Shown: piece after piece, positions 15,913-28,582 of the stretch
How the letters are laid out: every line of letters begins with the position of its first letter
How positions within the stretch are numbered: position 1 is the first letter of the stretch
NCBI GenBank assembly: GCA_964016885.1
Contig: OZ024743.1
Location: 100,254,001 to 100,318,000, forward strand
DNA length: 64,000 nucleotides
Direction of reading: 5' to 3'
Origin: Eledone cirrhosa
Taxonomy: Eukaryota
Translations under genes and position numbers: made by a program
Notes under the pieces: model-generated
Seen by the model: the letters and a program-made list of their open reading frames with translations, nothing else
Database searches by the model: none
Told to the model about the DNA's origin: nothing

Positions 15913-18900
15913 TCATCATCATCATCATTCGTCGACTACTGTCGAGATGATGGATCTCACTCTCATGCCCCAGAATTCCCTGTCCCCCATCGTTGCCCCC
16001 AGGTCCTGTCTACTGATTCCCGTATCCCTAGAGATAACATCAGGGAATGACAGCTTCCTACTCCTAGTCAGGCTGGAGTCAGGGTTCCAGAGCAAGAGAG
16101 CGGATATGATTTCATTGCTGGCACAGTGACAGTGGCCAGCAAATTGAGCTCTCCGGGATTTTAGAAGGGCAGAGGCTCGAGGGAGTTTGCCATAGATTTT
16201 AGACAAGGTGGGATGTCATTTCCAGGATAGGTTTTGCACTCTCATTAAGAGGCGGGTATATGTGCCATCCAATCTCCTCTCAAGTTGTGATGTTAGTGTC
16301 CAAGTTTCGGATCCATAAAGTAATATGGGCTTAATGGTTGCTTGGAATATTTCCAGTTTTAGCTTGTTGGTAAGTTGAGATGTCCATATGGCGTGCATGT
16401 CATTGCACGCTGACCATGCCATACCCTTCCTGGTTAGAAAATCTTTTTTGGAGGAGGAGATATATGAGCCAAGATACTTGTAATCTTCCACCTGCTTAAG
16501 GGTGGTACCATTAAGGGTTCTGATGGGGTAGTTTGGGCTGTTTGCGCATCTGTTCACATACTCAGTCTTGGATTCGTTGAGGTACAGTCCAACACAGTTG
16601 GACGCTTGCTCTAATGACTTCAAAAGACTCTCAGCATTTTCCAGTGTCCAACTGATCAATGCGATGTCGTCAGCAAAGTCGGTGTCGGTCAAGTATTTTG
16701 CTGGGTAGCGTGAGCTTCTCCTAGGCTGTAGTTGGTATCCCCTATCCTGAATCCTATCCACAGACATGCGCAAAACATAATCCACAACAATGATAAATAG
16801 ATACGGAGCAAGGGTATCGCCCTGTAAAATTCCAGCGAGGATTGAGAAAGGTGGTGTTTCCCCATCTGGGGTCAGGACAGTTGATTTGGTATCTGTATAC
16901 ATTACACGTATGGCCGCGATGATTTTATCAGGAATCCCATAGAGTTGTAGAATTTCAAACATCCCCGACCTGTCAACTGAGTCGAAGGTTTTTGAAAAAT
17001 CAACAAAGATGAGTGCAAGGTCTAGATTGCGGTTTTGGGACTCCTCTATAAGTCAGCGAAGGCAGAGAATCTGGCTAAGTGTTGATCTACCTCTCCTAAA
17101 TCCATTCTGGTTGTTACGAAGGATTGGCTCAAGAAATGGGATTAAGCAGTTAAGAAGAAGCTTGTTGTATATTTTTGCAGCAATTGCCATGAGAGAAATT
17201 CCTCTATAGTTGGTGGCTAAAGAAAGATCTCCTTTTTGGGGCATGGGGATAATTTGAGCTGCATGCCAGAGGCTAGGTGGTTTATTGGTCTCGAAAGTAT
17301 GGTTACATAAGTTGAGCAAAAGGATGTGGAAATGCTCATCCTTCCAAATCAGGGTAGGTATATTATCCGGCCCAAAGGCTTTTGAGGCTTTGAGCTGTTT
17401 GATGGTTTCTTTGAGCTCAGGCATGGTGAAAGGAGAGGTGTTGATTCCTAAAGGCTCTGAGACCTGAACGGATGGCAGTTGATAGTTATCAGTCTGGCCT
17501 TTTTTCCTAGAAGGTTTTTAAAATGAGCAGACCAATTTTCAAGACGTTTTTTGGCAGAGCCTCCTTTGATTCTAACTGCAGAGTTTGAGTTTTTGCCTGA
17601 AAGATCTTTGACAACCTTCCAAGCAAGATGATGGTGTTTGCTGATGTGATGTTGCGATAGCTGATCAATCCTACCTGAGATATAGTCAGCTTCAGCATTA
17701 AGATAAGCGTCGTCTAGTGATTTTTTGGCCATGATAAGCTGTATCTTTTTCCCTTGAGATGGTGATTGATGGTGAGATTGGGATATTGACCCAAGATGGG
17801 CCCTTGCCTCAACTACCTTCTCTGAGGCACTAGGTTTCATTTGGCTTTGGCTTTTCTTTTTAGGTAGGGTGGCAAGCGCAACTTCCTCTGTTGATTGCTT
17901 AAGACAGTCATACACATCCTCAATATTATCGTCATTGATGTCAGAAGTTGAGAGAGATTGAAATCTGTTATAGACTTGAAGCGTGAAGCTATTAGATAGT
18001 TTGTTGGAAGAAACTGCTTTCCAGTCTATTCTTTTCATGGGATGAGGTTCGGTCCTCTTGGATATCCTGAGACTAAGTTTGATTGTTGCCGAGATGACTC
18101 GATGATCTGAGCCGACAGAGCTAAAGGAGGAATAAGATCTAGAATCTTTGATTGAGTTTCTCCATTTCTTGCAAAATATCAAATAGTCAATCTGAGCTCA
18201 TTTTTGGTTTGTGTATTCGAAGGTCCAAAGCTGTTGTTTGAGCTGAATAGACTGAATTCCTCCATGAAGTCCTTGAAATATTCCCCGTTTCGGTTAGTAA
18301 CCCTATTGTATGTGAACTTTACTTCATCCGGGCCAAGTTGAGCGTTGAGGTCTCCAGCGATGATAAGAAAGTTGTGTAAGGGTACTTGCTCAACAACTGT
18401 GCAAAGGGTCGTGTAGAATTCTCTTACCTCATCCTCAGGAGAGGCGTTATGAGGACTGTATACACATATGTGGTTCTAGGATTGCCCTCTAGTGTAAGCA
18501 CCAAGATTCTGGGAGAGATTGTTTCAATCACCAGAAGATTATTGCTGGCTTTAGATGAGAGAAGGCAGCCGACTCCTCCGACGGAGGCATTGACAGGGTT
18601 CTTGGTGGCTGAAGAGGTGACAAGTTGGTAGGATCCTAGGGTGTGATACTTGAGATCATCCTTTGGGTGGAAAAAGCGGTGTTCTTGGACCGCAAGGATG
18701 TCAATGTTCTGAAGTTTGGCATTCTCTGCCAGCTCCTGGAGTCTACCTGTTGGAAGGAGGGTTCTGGTGTTCAAGGAGCTAACTATTATTTGCTTTTTAC
18801 AGCTAACCAAGCGAGATTTGCTTGTTGTTTGGTTAGGACCTGATTCTTCTCCATCAGATGAACCCCGTCACTTGAGATTTGAGGATTCATCATCATTCGA

Positions 18901-19325
18901 TGCCTTTGTAGGTGCATTATGATCAGAAACAGGACCCGGGAAAGCAGGGGCTGGACCTATATCAACAGGTATACCATATACTGGTGCAGTTAGTTGCGAA
19001 ATCCATCATCCTTTCAAATAGCTAATAATGTGTGTGGGCGCCACTACTACACACATGTGAAAGAATTTGACAGCCAAGTCTTGAAGAAGGTACTTTCTCC
19101 TCCATGTGGCTGGTTACCCAGCGCCAGATACCAACCTGGCATTTATACCCTCACCCTAATTGTTCGTGTTGCAAGCACTAGAGTAGTCGCTAACCAAAGC
19201 TACGGACCCACTCTATCCGCCTGGAGATACGTTGTACTAGCTTACCAGCATACTAGTAGCAGGAAGTTGACTGGTTTTGGATGGCCATTGACTCCAAGAG
19301 CTCTTAAGAGCTCCCAGGAGTTCCT
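15913..19325 (-). mobile_element. Near full-length but disrupted RTE-clade LINE (second family; APE + RT)
   Basis: ORF pieces: APE (SLNTRTL, DILAVQEHR, GSDH), RT (NYRGISL, GILQGDTLAPYLF, DFADD), LLYGSETWTL. Several frameshifts and stops. (TGA)n tail at 15913-15927. Confidence 0.92.
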
Positions 19326-19339
19326 ATATATGTATATAT

Positions 19340-19703
19340 GTTTTACGTCCGTTCTTCCACGCTAGCATGGGTTAGACGGATTGTCCTGTTGTGGGCAGTA
19401 GCTGGTCACCTTGCTCATACAGGAACTGATTCTGGCTTGATTTCTACAGCTGGATGCCCTTCCTAACACCAACCTCATTTACAGTGAGTGCTGGGTGCTT
19501 TTTTTCCATGGCACCTCCACGACCACTTTGCAGTGGAATGATATGGACCCCAGTCCCTATCATCTCATTTCTACAGCTGAGTAAACTAGAGCAATGTGAA
19601 ATAAAGTGTCTTGCTCAAGGAAACAACACATCACCCGGTCTGAGAATTGAACTCACAACCTTTCGATTGCAAGGCCAATGCTCTAACCACTAAGCCATGT
19701 GCC
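19340..19703 (-). mobile_element. tRNA-derived CORE-like SINE with RTE tail
   Basis: Same head and core as 12895-13220. The tail matches the reverse complement of 58685-58855. Confidence 0.88.
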
Positions 19704-19882
<179 letters not shown>

Positions 19883-20078
19883 GAGTATCGGAAAATCAGC
19901 TCACGAATTAACGATAAACAAATCCGATATGAGTGGCAGAGGGCTCAATAATTTGGATAAATCAGAGCTATAACTATCGTTAAATTACCAACACATAAAG
20001 ATTATACCTAAAATCACCCGCATATGTATATATATATATATATATTATTATTATGAAATAAACAGCATAAGGCAATTA

Positions 20079-20139
20079 TTCCATTTACCAGTGGTTTCTT
20101 AAAAGCAAAAGGTTTTGCTTTCAGTCCTCAGAACGGGAA
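20079..20139 (-). ncRNA. Type I hammerhead ribozyme (PLE terminal-repeat associated)
   Basis: Minus strand: CCGTT-CTGAGGA-C-TGAAAGCAAAA(CC)TTTTGCTTTTA-A-GAAA-CCACTGG-TA-AATGG. All core nucleotides and three stems are present. Confidence 0.75.
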
Positions 20140-20290
20140 AAAGCTGGTTTGTTTATTGAATTTGGATTACAAACCAAAAAAATGCAATCTATATGAAAGT
20201 GAGGCTGGAGAAGGGAGAAGGAAAGGAAAAATAAAATAAAATAAAACGACGTATGCAAACACACACACAAAAAAACCCAAAAGCATACTT

Positions 20291-20322
<32 letters not shown>

Positions 20323-20487
20323 GTGTGTGTGTACGCATACACATACACACATATATATAAAAAAACGTACACTTACCTACACAAGCACATATATATACAC
20401 ATACATACATTAATACATATACGCACACACACACACACACGCACACGCACACACACACACACATATCCACACACATATATATATATA

Positions 20488-20527
<40 letters not shown>

Positions 20528-20805
20528 TATACATATACACACATACACATACATACACATGTGCATGTACAAGCATACACATACACAAACATAGCCATAC
20601 ACACACATATATATACACACATACATACATTCACACAAACATACAAAACGTACATACATACACATACATGAATGCACTCCTCTACATATTCGCACACGCA
20701 AATAAAAATAAGAAGAAAAAAATATATATATAAATCAACTTTTCAAATGCAAGTCGAAGTTGAAAGGTATGTCGAATCTATCTATTTATAAGACTGTTTA
20801 TATTG

Positions 20806-20870
20806 TATTTTGTCTGAAGAAGGCATAACATATTTTTAATATGATATCCCTGAAATATATATAATGAAAT
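20806..20870 (+). ncRNA. Minimal hammerhead-like motif
   Basis: CTGAAGA-AGG...CCT-GAAA-TATATA, followed by the AATAAATATGGTTTT block shared with the 43974 motif. Confidence 0.5.
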
Positions 20871-21385
20871 AAATATGGTTTTATAAATATAATTTCCATT
20901 TATTTAATATCGTAAATATACTCCAAATACTTGTTGAGTGCTTTTATATCAGTTATAAATATTTACTCGTTGTAACCCAACAATTTAAATAAAACTTTAT
21001 ATATATTTTTAAAATTTTTGACAGCGATACATGACCCAGCTAACAGGACAGACACGCGTAGTAAGTAATACACACAAAAAAGCACGCACACATACGTACG
21101 AAACAGTACACACATACACACACTCTCACACATAAATATACATAAACAAACACAAAAACACATACATACATACACAAACACGCACACGTATACATATTAA
21201 ACACACACACATATGTATATGTAATTATATACACACACACACACATATACATATATATACACATGGAACTCCTTTAACCATCTTTTGATCTTATATTATG
21301 CATACTCCAGTCCTACAAACTGTAGAGTGCTTCTTATCCGATATCTGCATTGCTTTATTGTACTACAATAAAACTCACCTCCTAC

Positions 21386-21422
<37 letters not shown>

Positions 21423-21589
21423 TACACATACACACATATATATATATACATATATATATATATACACAAAATATATAAACGCACACACAGACACACGCAT
21501 ATACGTAAACACACATATACATACATAGCTAAACAATTATACACATGCAAATACGTATATATCAAAAACACGCACAACCAAAAACAAAT

Positions 21590-21631
<42 letters not shown>

Positions 21632-21891
21632 CCACACACACACATATATACATAAAAAAATAATAAAATAATAAACACATACATACATACATACATACAT
21701 ATACATATATATATATATATATACATACATACACAGACATATACACACATATGTACATATACACATGTGCATACACATACACACACACATATACATGTGT
21801 GTATGTGTAAAACTCAGTATTAGCAAAGACAAATGAACCTTACATAAACGTATATATAGTAGTAAGGTAATAAAGCAACATAAGGCAATTA

Positions 21892-21950
21892 TTCCATTCA
21901 CCAGAGGTTTCTTAAAAGCAAAAAATGTTTCCTTCAGTCTTCAGAATGAA
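21892..21950 (-). ncRNA. Second, more decayed copy of the 20079 hammerhead
   Basis: TTCATT-CTGAAGA-...-GAAA-CCTCTGG-TG-AATGGA. The cleavage-site base is G, so it is probably inactive. Confidence 0.6.
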
Positions 21951-22029
21951 AAAAAGTGAAAAAAACCTGGTTTATCCACATATACAAACATATACATACA
22001 CAAATATACATATATATACACATACACAA

Positions 22030-22062
<33 letters not shown>

Positions 22063-22923
22063 CATACATATATACATACACACCCATATATACATACACA
22101 CATACATACACATATATATATATATATACACACATATATATACACACAAAAATACATACACATACACATAGGTTTGTGGAGGGCAAAACAAAAATAATAT
22201 ATGGGGGGGGGGGGGCTAAGAGGAGGTAAAAATATAAGGGGAGGTAAGAGAGAAAAAATTTTAAATATACAAGAGTACAGAAGGTAGAATCAGCAAAATA
22301 AAAACCGTAGCAGAAGTAAAGAGCAGAGAAGGAGTTCAAGGCGGTTGATTTATCGTAGGAGTGTCAATCCAGTTACAGATCAGATGCGATTTCAGATGAG
22401 GACAGCATCTGAAGATCTCAGTCTTTGAGTTAAGGCAAGCGGAAGTGGCTCTCAAGTTTAGCAAAATCCTATACTTTTCTGTGGTACACAAAGAACAATT
22501 CTTTGTGCCCCTTTGGTACTCCCTCGAATGGTCTAATATAGACCAATCAATAGAGTACGGGATATTACTATCCTTGAGATCCCATACCTTACTTGCGAGG
22601 GCCGTTGATGTTCGTTTATCTGAGTGTTTAAAAGAAGCGACATGTGAGTAAAATCTGGTTTTAAACCTGTCCTGGGTCATACCGACATATCGCTCACTTC
22701 TGGCTGGCAAATGTACTCGGCTTTGTTCGGGAAATGAATGACAGCCTGAATTGTTCAAGGTCGTTTATGGCTTAGCTAGCAATTTCTGAGTGCATGTCAG
22801 CTAATTGGCTAGCCAATGAGAGGTCGCCTCAATAGCACGTGCCAAATCAGCCTAGTACTTCAAAAGTTAAAAGGAGCCTAGTATTTGTACACAGACAGTC
22901 AGACACACACACAGACCGACTTG

Positions 22924-22959
<36 letters not shown>

Positions 22960-22961
<2 letters not shown>

Positions 22962-25740
22962 GGTGTTAAAGTTTGCTTGAAGCATTGTGAAATGTGTAAA
23001 ATATGTAGTTTAGAAAGCCACAACAATGCAGATGGGAAATCTCGAGGTAAGAAGTGAGTGAGAAATAGGAGAAAAGTGAAAATGAAAACAAAACAAAGGT
23101 AGAAGGGTTACCGTAGAGGAGATTTAATCCCAATATTTCGGGCTCACGCCCATCAACAGGGGAAAAGTTCCAAAAGGGTGGGAACAGGCTAAGCCGGAGA
23201 AAGTTGTATTGTCGTTAAAACTTAGGAATGCTGTTATGGGGAAAATTCAAACGAGGGAAAGAATGCGCGTGTGCGTGATAGGCTGTGGCAAAAGCTACTG
23301 ACCAATTGGGTTAAATCAATAGGGTGCGCTAGCGTGTGAAAGTCGTAAAATATGTGTGTGTAAATATATATGTGTGTGTAACTGTGTGTGTATATGTGTA
23401 TGTGTGTATGTATGTGAGTGTGTGTGTGTGAAAGATAGTGGGCCGTAGAAGCTGGAAAACAAAGAGTGTGAAAGGTGGTAGGTTGTATAAACATGTGTGC
23501 GTGTATAAATATAGATGTGTGTGTGTATGGGTATACATATAAGTGCGTGTGTGTGAAGGATAGTAGGCCGTAGGGGCTGTTACTAGTCACTATGGTTAAA
23601 TTAGCCATGTCAGCTCATTTCTCTCAGCCCGGTTGTTAAGTGGGGGTCTGAGGTTCTTAATAAGAAGTGCTTCCTTTATCCTTAAGGATCCGATGCTGCG
23701 TTCAGTTGCTAGGACTGTGACCAAGGGTCTGCCCTGTGGGTTTCCGCATTTAAGGATGTGTTTACGGAAGGAAGATGCGTTGGTGTTGACATGTTCCTTG
23801 ATACGAACATGTAGGGGTCGGATGGTGCTACCTATGTAAAACTTGTTACATTTATCGCATTGAATCTTATATACGACATAGGTGCGTAGGCAATCTGCCC
23901 CCCGTATCGGGCAGTTGCTGAGGCAACACGTCCCATCTGACTCGTTGGGTTTGTTGGAGAGGCATCTTCGGAGCGAAGGTCCTGTGTGGGCCAAATGTAT
24001 GTCAAGTCCCTCCCTCCGTATGGCCCTGCGGATGGCGTTCGTGGTATATTCACTCAGGTAGGGGATTTTAAAGAAGCACCTGCTTTTATCTAAGTTTCTA
24101 GTGGGTGTCTGTCTATTGGGTCTGGGGTCTCTAATTCCGTTAATCAGTCGCTTGGGATATCCATTAGACTTGAGTAGATTACGGAATTGCGTGGTATGGG
24201 TGAGACCACCCATCGGGTCGCTGCATCTATTAGTGATCCGTGTAAGTTCATTTAGGACATAGCTTCTCTTAGCGTTGTTGGGGAGGGCTGAGTTGTAATG
24301 CACAAATAAGTCCTTGCACGCTGCCTTGCGGTAGAAGGTGGTGTTTATGTCTCCTTCTTCCGAGATGTTGATACGGAAGTCGAGGAGGGCGAGTGACCCG
24401 TCTTCTCCAGGGTGTTCGATGGTGAAATCGACGTGATGGTCAGTGTCGTTGAAGATTTGGTAAATTTCATTCGCCATCTCCCGGGAAGAAGTGAGTATCA
24501 GTATGTCATCAACGTATCTGGAGTAGAAGGCGACGGCGTTGGGTTGGCAGGTGTTGAGTGCCTTGCGTTCCAGGTGGTCCATGTACGAGATCGCAAGTAT
24601 GCCGGACAGACTAGAGCCCATAGGTAGCCCAGAGATCTGTTTGTATGTGTGGCTGAGGAAATTGAAGAATGCATTATCCACAACGAAGGAGAGGAGTTGG
24701 TGGATGTCCGTGTGTGTGAGTCCGAAGCAGTGTAAGTTAGATGCTCGGACTCGTTCGGTTAACAGGTCGACGGCTGGTGATGCTGGCACGGAGGTATAAA
24801 GGGCGACCACATCAAGACTGAAGGCATATCCGTTGTCTTTTCTGGTGTTGGGCGCCAAATGGTGTAGTCGCTCCAAGACCTCCTTTGAGCTGCAGACGTG
24901 GGCTGGTAGTGCGTGTAGAATGGGTTTCAGTAGTGTGGAGAGCAGCCACGATATTTTGTAAAGTGGGCCCTCCACGCTAGAGACAATGGGCCTGATTTTC
25001 AAATCGGGTCCTTGTTTATGGGTTTTCACCAGGTGGGTAGTTTGCTGTTTCTAGTCGTTATGTTATTTTTTACCTTCTTTGGCAGTTGTCGTTGGACACA
25101 GATGTTAGTCCATATGGTGTTAATGCCTTCCTCGATTAGAGTCGAGGAGGTCCCTGTGACTTTCAAGTAGAGGCTGTCGTCATTAAGATGTTGGAGAGCT
25201 AAGTTGTTGTAGGTCTCTCTCGAGATGACACAGAATTCTTTCCCCTTGTCAGAGAGAAGGTAAACAAGGTTCCTGGATCTTAGGTTGGTGAGAGTGTTAA
25301 ATTGTGCATTGGTGAGGTTGCGTTTATTGTGTGTGTGTGTGTGTTGGGAAAGGATGTTAGAGATAGAATGTTTCAACCTGAGTAGTTTAGTGTCAAGTTC
25401 GTGGTTGGTGGGTGGGGGTGGAGTGGGTTGTCGAGGTGGTACGTGGGGTGGGTTGTGGGGTTGTAATCGATCTCGGTGTTGTTTTGGATGGCGGTTAGCC
25501 ATTTCAATTGATATGCTGTCCGACAGAAGTTGGTTTTGATGTCGAGTTTCAGTCTATCATCGAGACGCTGTGTAATGATGAACTTGGGTCCGAGGCGCAG
25601 GAGTTCGAGTTCATCGTTGGTGAGGGTACTGGTTAGGTCGGTAACGAGGTGTGAAGCATCGTTGGTAGGTAGATCGCTGTTGGGGGGTGTAGCGGAGGGT
25701 GTTGTATCGCTGTTGCCCCTGGTGTGGTTGTAGTCGGTCC
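22960..25740 (-). mobile_element. Penelope-like retroelement (RT + Cys-rich linker + GIY-YIG), 5'-truncated, frameshifted near 25027
   Basis: IRPIVS, SLDVVALYTSVP, GLPMGS, YSRYVDD, YRK, VVYKIQCDKC..YIGST, IKEH, IKEALLI. Confidence 0.93.
23127..23162 (-). ncRNA. Variant minimal hammerhead-like motif in the PLE 3' region
   Basis: CCC-CTGTTGA-T-GGGC-GTGA-GCCC-GAAA-TATT-GGGA. Confidence 0.5.
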
Positions 25741-25942
25741 GTCATGCACACACACACAACAGGCTTCCACACAGTCTCCCTCCCACACTATGCAGGAACG
25801 TTCTGAATTCAAATCTTATCAAGATCCACTTTGCCTCCTTTTATCCTTCTATTTTCAATTAAGTACCAGTCTAGGATAATGGAGTGGTAGAATCATTAGA
25901 GCAGTATTCCAGCTTTTCAAATCCTGCCACGGCCTATTTGGC

Positions 25943-26033
25943 TTAACACTACCACATAGCTTTAGGTGCCTTTGGTGGAGTCCATTCTTAACACTACCAC
26001 ATAGCTTTAGGTGCCTTTGGTGGAGTCCATTCT
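25943..26033. repeat. Perfect tandem duplication of ~45 bp
   Basis: TTAACACTACCACATAGCTTTAGGTGCCTTTGGTGGAGTCCATTC occurs twice. Confidence 0.95.
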
Positions 26034-27029
26034 GTGCCAAGCTTTGCAGGCCCTGAAAAGTGCCATGTACATTGGTCTTCCTCCTTCACAAAACAAATTC
26101 AGGAGTATGCAATGTGTTGTGCAAATAACTGAATAAATAAGGTACAGGATTTTAGATATGGATTTGGTATTTAGCTACAGATAGTGTCATGTTATGTTCA
26201 AACTTTAATATAAAAAAGAAAAACACCATGCAAATAAAGGCCCCCTTGTCTGAATATAGGTTTGTACCCGGAAAGTTCCTCTCCATGGCACAAGCCTAGG
26301 TAAGCTGTTTTGTTGAAGACCCGATGTTGTCCAGGGGAAAGGAAAATGCCAGTATAACTTGGACATTGCAGGCAAAATGGAGCAATATAAAATGAAGTGC
26401 TTTACTCAAGGACATAACATGCCACCCGGTCTGGGAATCAAAAGCACAACCATAAGATCATGAGCCTAACACTCTAACCATTAGGCCACAGACTTTCACA
26501 AGGAAATAAATATATCAATAAAATATAAGATGTAACCCTTCCAATACCAACTTGCCTTAGATTACCCATGAATCTATGATATAAAATCACTTATTTTACA
26601 TAGTCAATATTTAAATTAAAACCTTGCTTCATAATATTATGTAAGAACTTTTTGTGAGGTTATGTCCCAACCATAAGTTTCATTATGAGAAAGTTAAATC
26701 CATCCAAATTCTTGGTTATTTTTAAAAATATTTGAAAGACATATAATGTTTTTCATTAGAAATATGACAACAAAATGGATAACAATCTCTAAGTGATATT
26801 AGTATTCTGTTTCTGCCTGTCGCATGTAGTTTCTTTATAAATCCTAATCTTTTAATGTTTTGACTTCAAAATATCAACAAAGAGTAACAGCTTATTTCAA
26901 CAAAAGATATAAAAAAGACAGGTGAAAGTAATTATACTCTCCATCTCACTCCAAACATAGAGTAGATGTATTGTAAAATGTTTCAGTTTTAACTATTACA
27001 ACCCTTTCATCATCATTATCATTTTATGT

Positions 27030-27450
27030 TCCCACCGAGCTTGACTTTGCCTTTCATCCTTACGGGGTCGATAAAATAAAGTACCAGTAATGCACTGGGT
27101 ATTTGCTGGCCTTGTGCCTAAAGTAGAAACAATTATCATTTTATGTTTGCTTTCCATCCTGACATGGATTGGATGGGTCCATCTATCATGGTTTCTACTG
27201 CTGGAACCCTTTCCTTACACCAACCATCACACAGGGTAAACTTGGGGTGCTTTTTCATGACACCACCACTACCACAAAACACCTGCTCATCAAGCATTTA
27301 CAGAGTGTACTGGGTACATTTTATCATGGCACCAGCATTACTACTTTACAGAGTGTACTGGGTACATTTTATCATGGCACCAGCATTACTACTTTATAGA
27401 ATGTACTGGGTGCATTTTATTGCAGCACCAACACTAACACTTTACAAAGT
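27030..27450. mobile_element. Deu/Nin-like SINE 3' part (+), followed by an RTE-tail-derived repeat (-) with ~48-bp tandem units
   Basis: GACTTTGCCTTTCATCCTTACGGGGTCGATAAAATAAAGTACCAG, then repeats of TTTACAGAGTGTACTGGGTACATTTTATCATGGCACCAGC. Confidence 0.75.
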
Positions 27451-28220
27451 CTAAAAATTTAGCTAAAAAATTATCTGAAATAGAGTTTGCAAATTCAAAT
27501 GCTTATAGTATATTTACTAGCAAACAGATTGTGAAAATTTGTATATTAGAGTAAAGATTTCGATTTTTAATGTGATGCAGTCATAGTGTTGTTTTATACT
27601 TTTCAAGGATTACAGGATGTTAAGAGTTAAAAATGTAATTATTTAAAAAAATAATAATCTTAAAATCATTATTACTGTTGTTGTCTGCTTCATGGTTTAC
27701 ATTCTGAGTTCAAATTCCACTAAGGTTAGCTTTGCCTTTCTTCCTTATGGGATCGATAAAATAAACCACCAGTAATTCACTGGGGTCAATTTAATCTACT
27801 TTCCCCTCCCCATCAAATTACTAGCCTTGTTCCAAAAGTAGAAACAATTATTACTGTCGTTGTTTAGTACAAGGCTAGAAAGTTATTCTCAAAGCAGAGT
27901 TCTGTCCTAAATGCATCTAACAGATTGTACATCACTACAGAAGAGTTTTATTACAAGGAAGGCCATCCAGCTGTAGAAAACTTGCCACACAAAAAGTAGA
28001 GAGGACTCGTCAGTTGTATCAAAGACATGGGTCCCAGCTCATCTCAGTGATCAGTGGCTCTGATGAAGTACTTACTTGGTCTGTGACAACCCATCCAACC
28101 TTTATTTGCAGGGAAAATGGATGTTAAATGATGATTATGTTATTTTCAGAAGTTAATCTGATTATTAATTAGCCAACCAACTTTCTTGTATGGCTAGGCC
28201 TCTTTTTGTTATCATTATCA

Positions 28221-28582
28221 TTTGGCAGTATCGGTAGAGGGTCGGACGCCATGCTTTCCAGCATAGTTACGTCCCTTTACGATCTGAGTTCAAATCCCGC
28301 CGAGGTTGACTTTGCCTTTCATCCTTACGGGGTCGATGAAATAAAGTACCAGTAACGCACTGGGTAATTGCTGGCCTTGTGCCTAAAGTAGAAACAATTA
28401 TCATTAATTGGGTGGCGGATTGGCAGAATCGGTAGAGCATCGGACACTATGCTTTGCAGCATAGTTATGGCCCTTTACGTTCTGAGTTCAAATCCTGCCA
28501 AGGGTTGATAAAATAAAGTACCAATTATGTACTGGGATTGATATAATCGAGTTCCTTCACCCAAAATTATTATTATTATTAT
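28221..28582 (+). mobile_element. Two tandem tRNA-derived Deu/Nin-like SINEs ending in (ATT)n
   Basis: A-box TGGCAGTATCGG or TGGCAGAATCGG, B-box GAGTTCAAATCC, central GCCTTTCATCCTTACGGGGTCGAT. Confidence 0.85.

Larger units (their letters stand above)
20050..22745 (-). mobile_element. 5'-truncated Penelope-like element: GIY-YIG endonuclease end plus tandem terminal repeats expanded by CA/TA microsatellites
   Basis: ORF 22336-22758 reads YVGMT..FKTRFYSH..TALA..W..CSLCTTEK..LNSKTE..CCPH, resembling a Naiad-type endonuclease with CxxC. Direct repeats lie at ~20066 and ~21877. Confidence 0.75.

Noticed and set aside
19620-19703. Functional tRNA genes at SINE heads
   Set aside because: A and B boxes are present, but there is no complete acceptor stem and the sequence continues into SINE core and tail.
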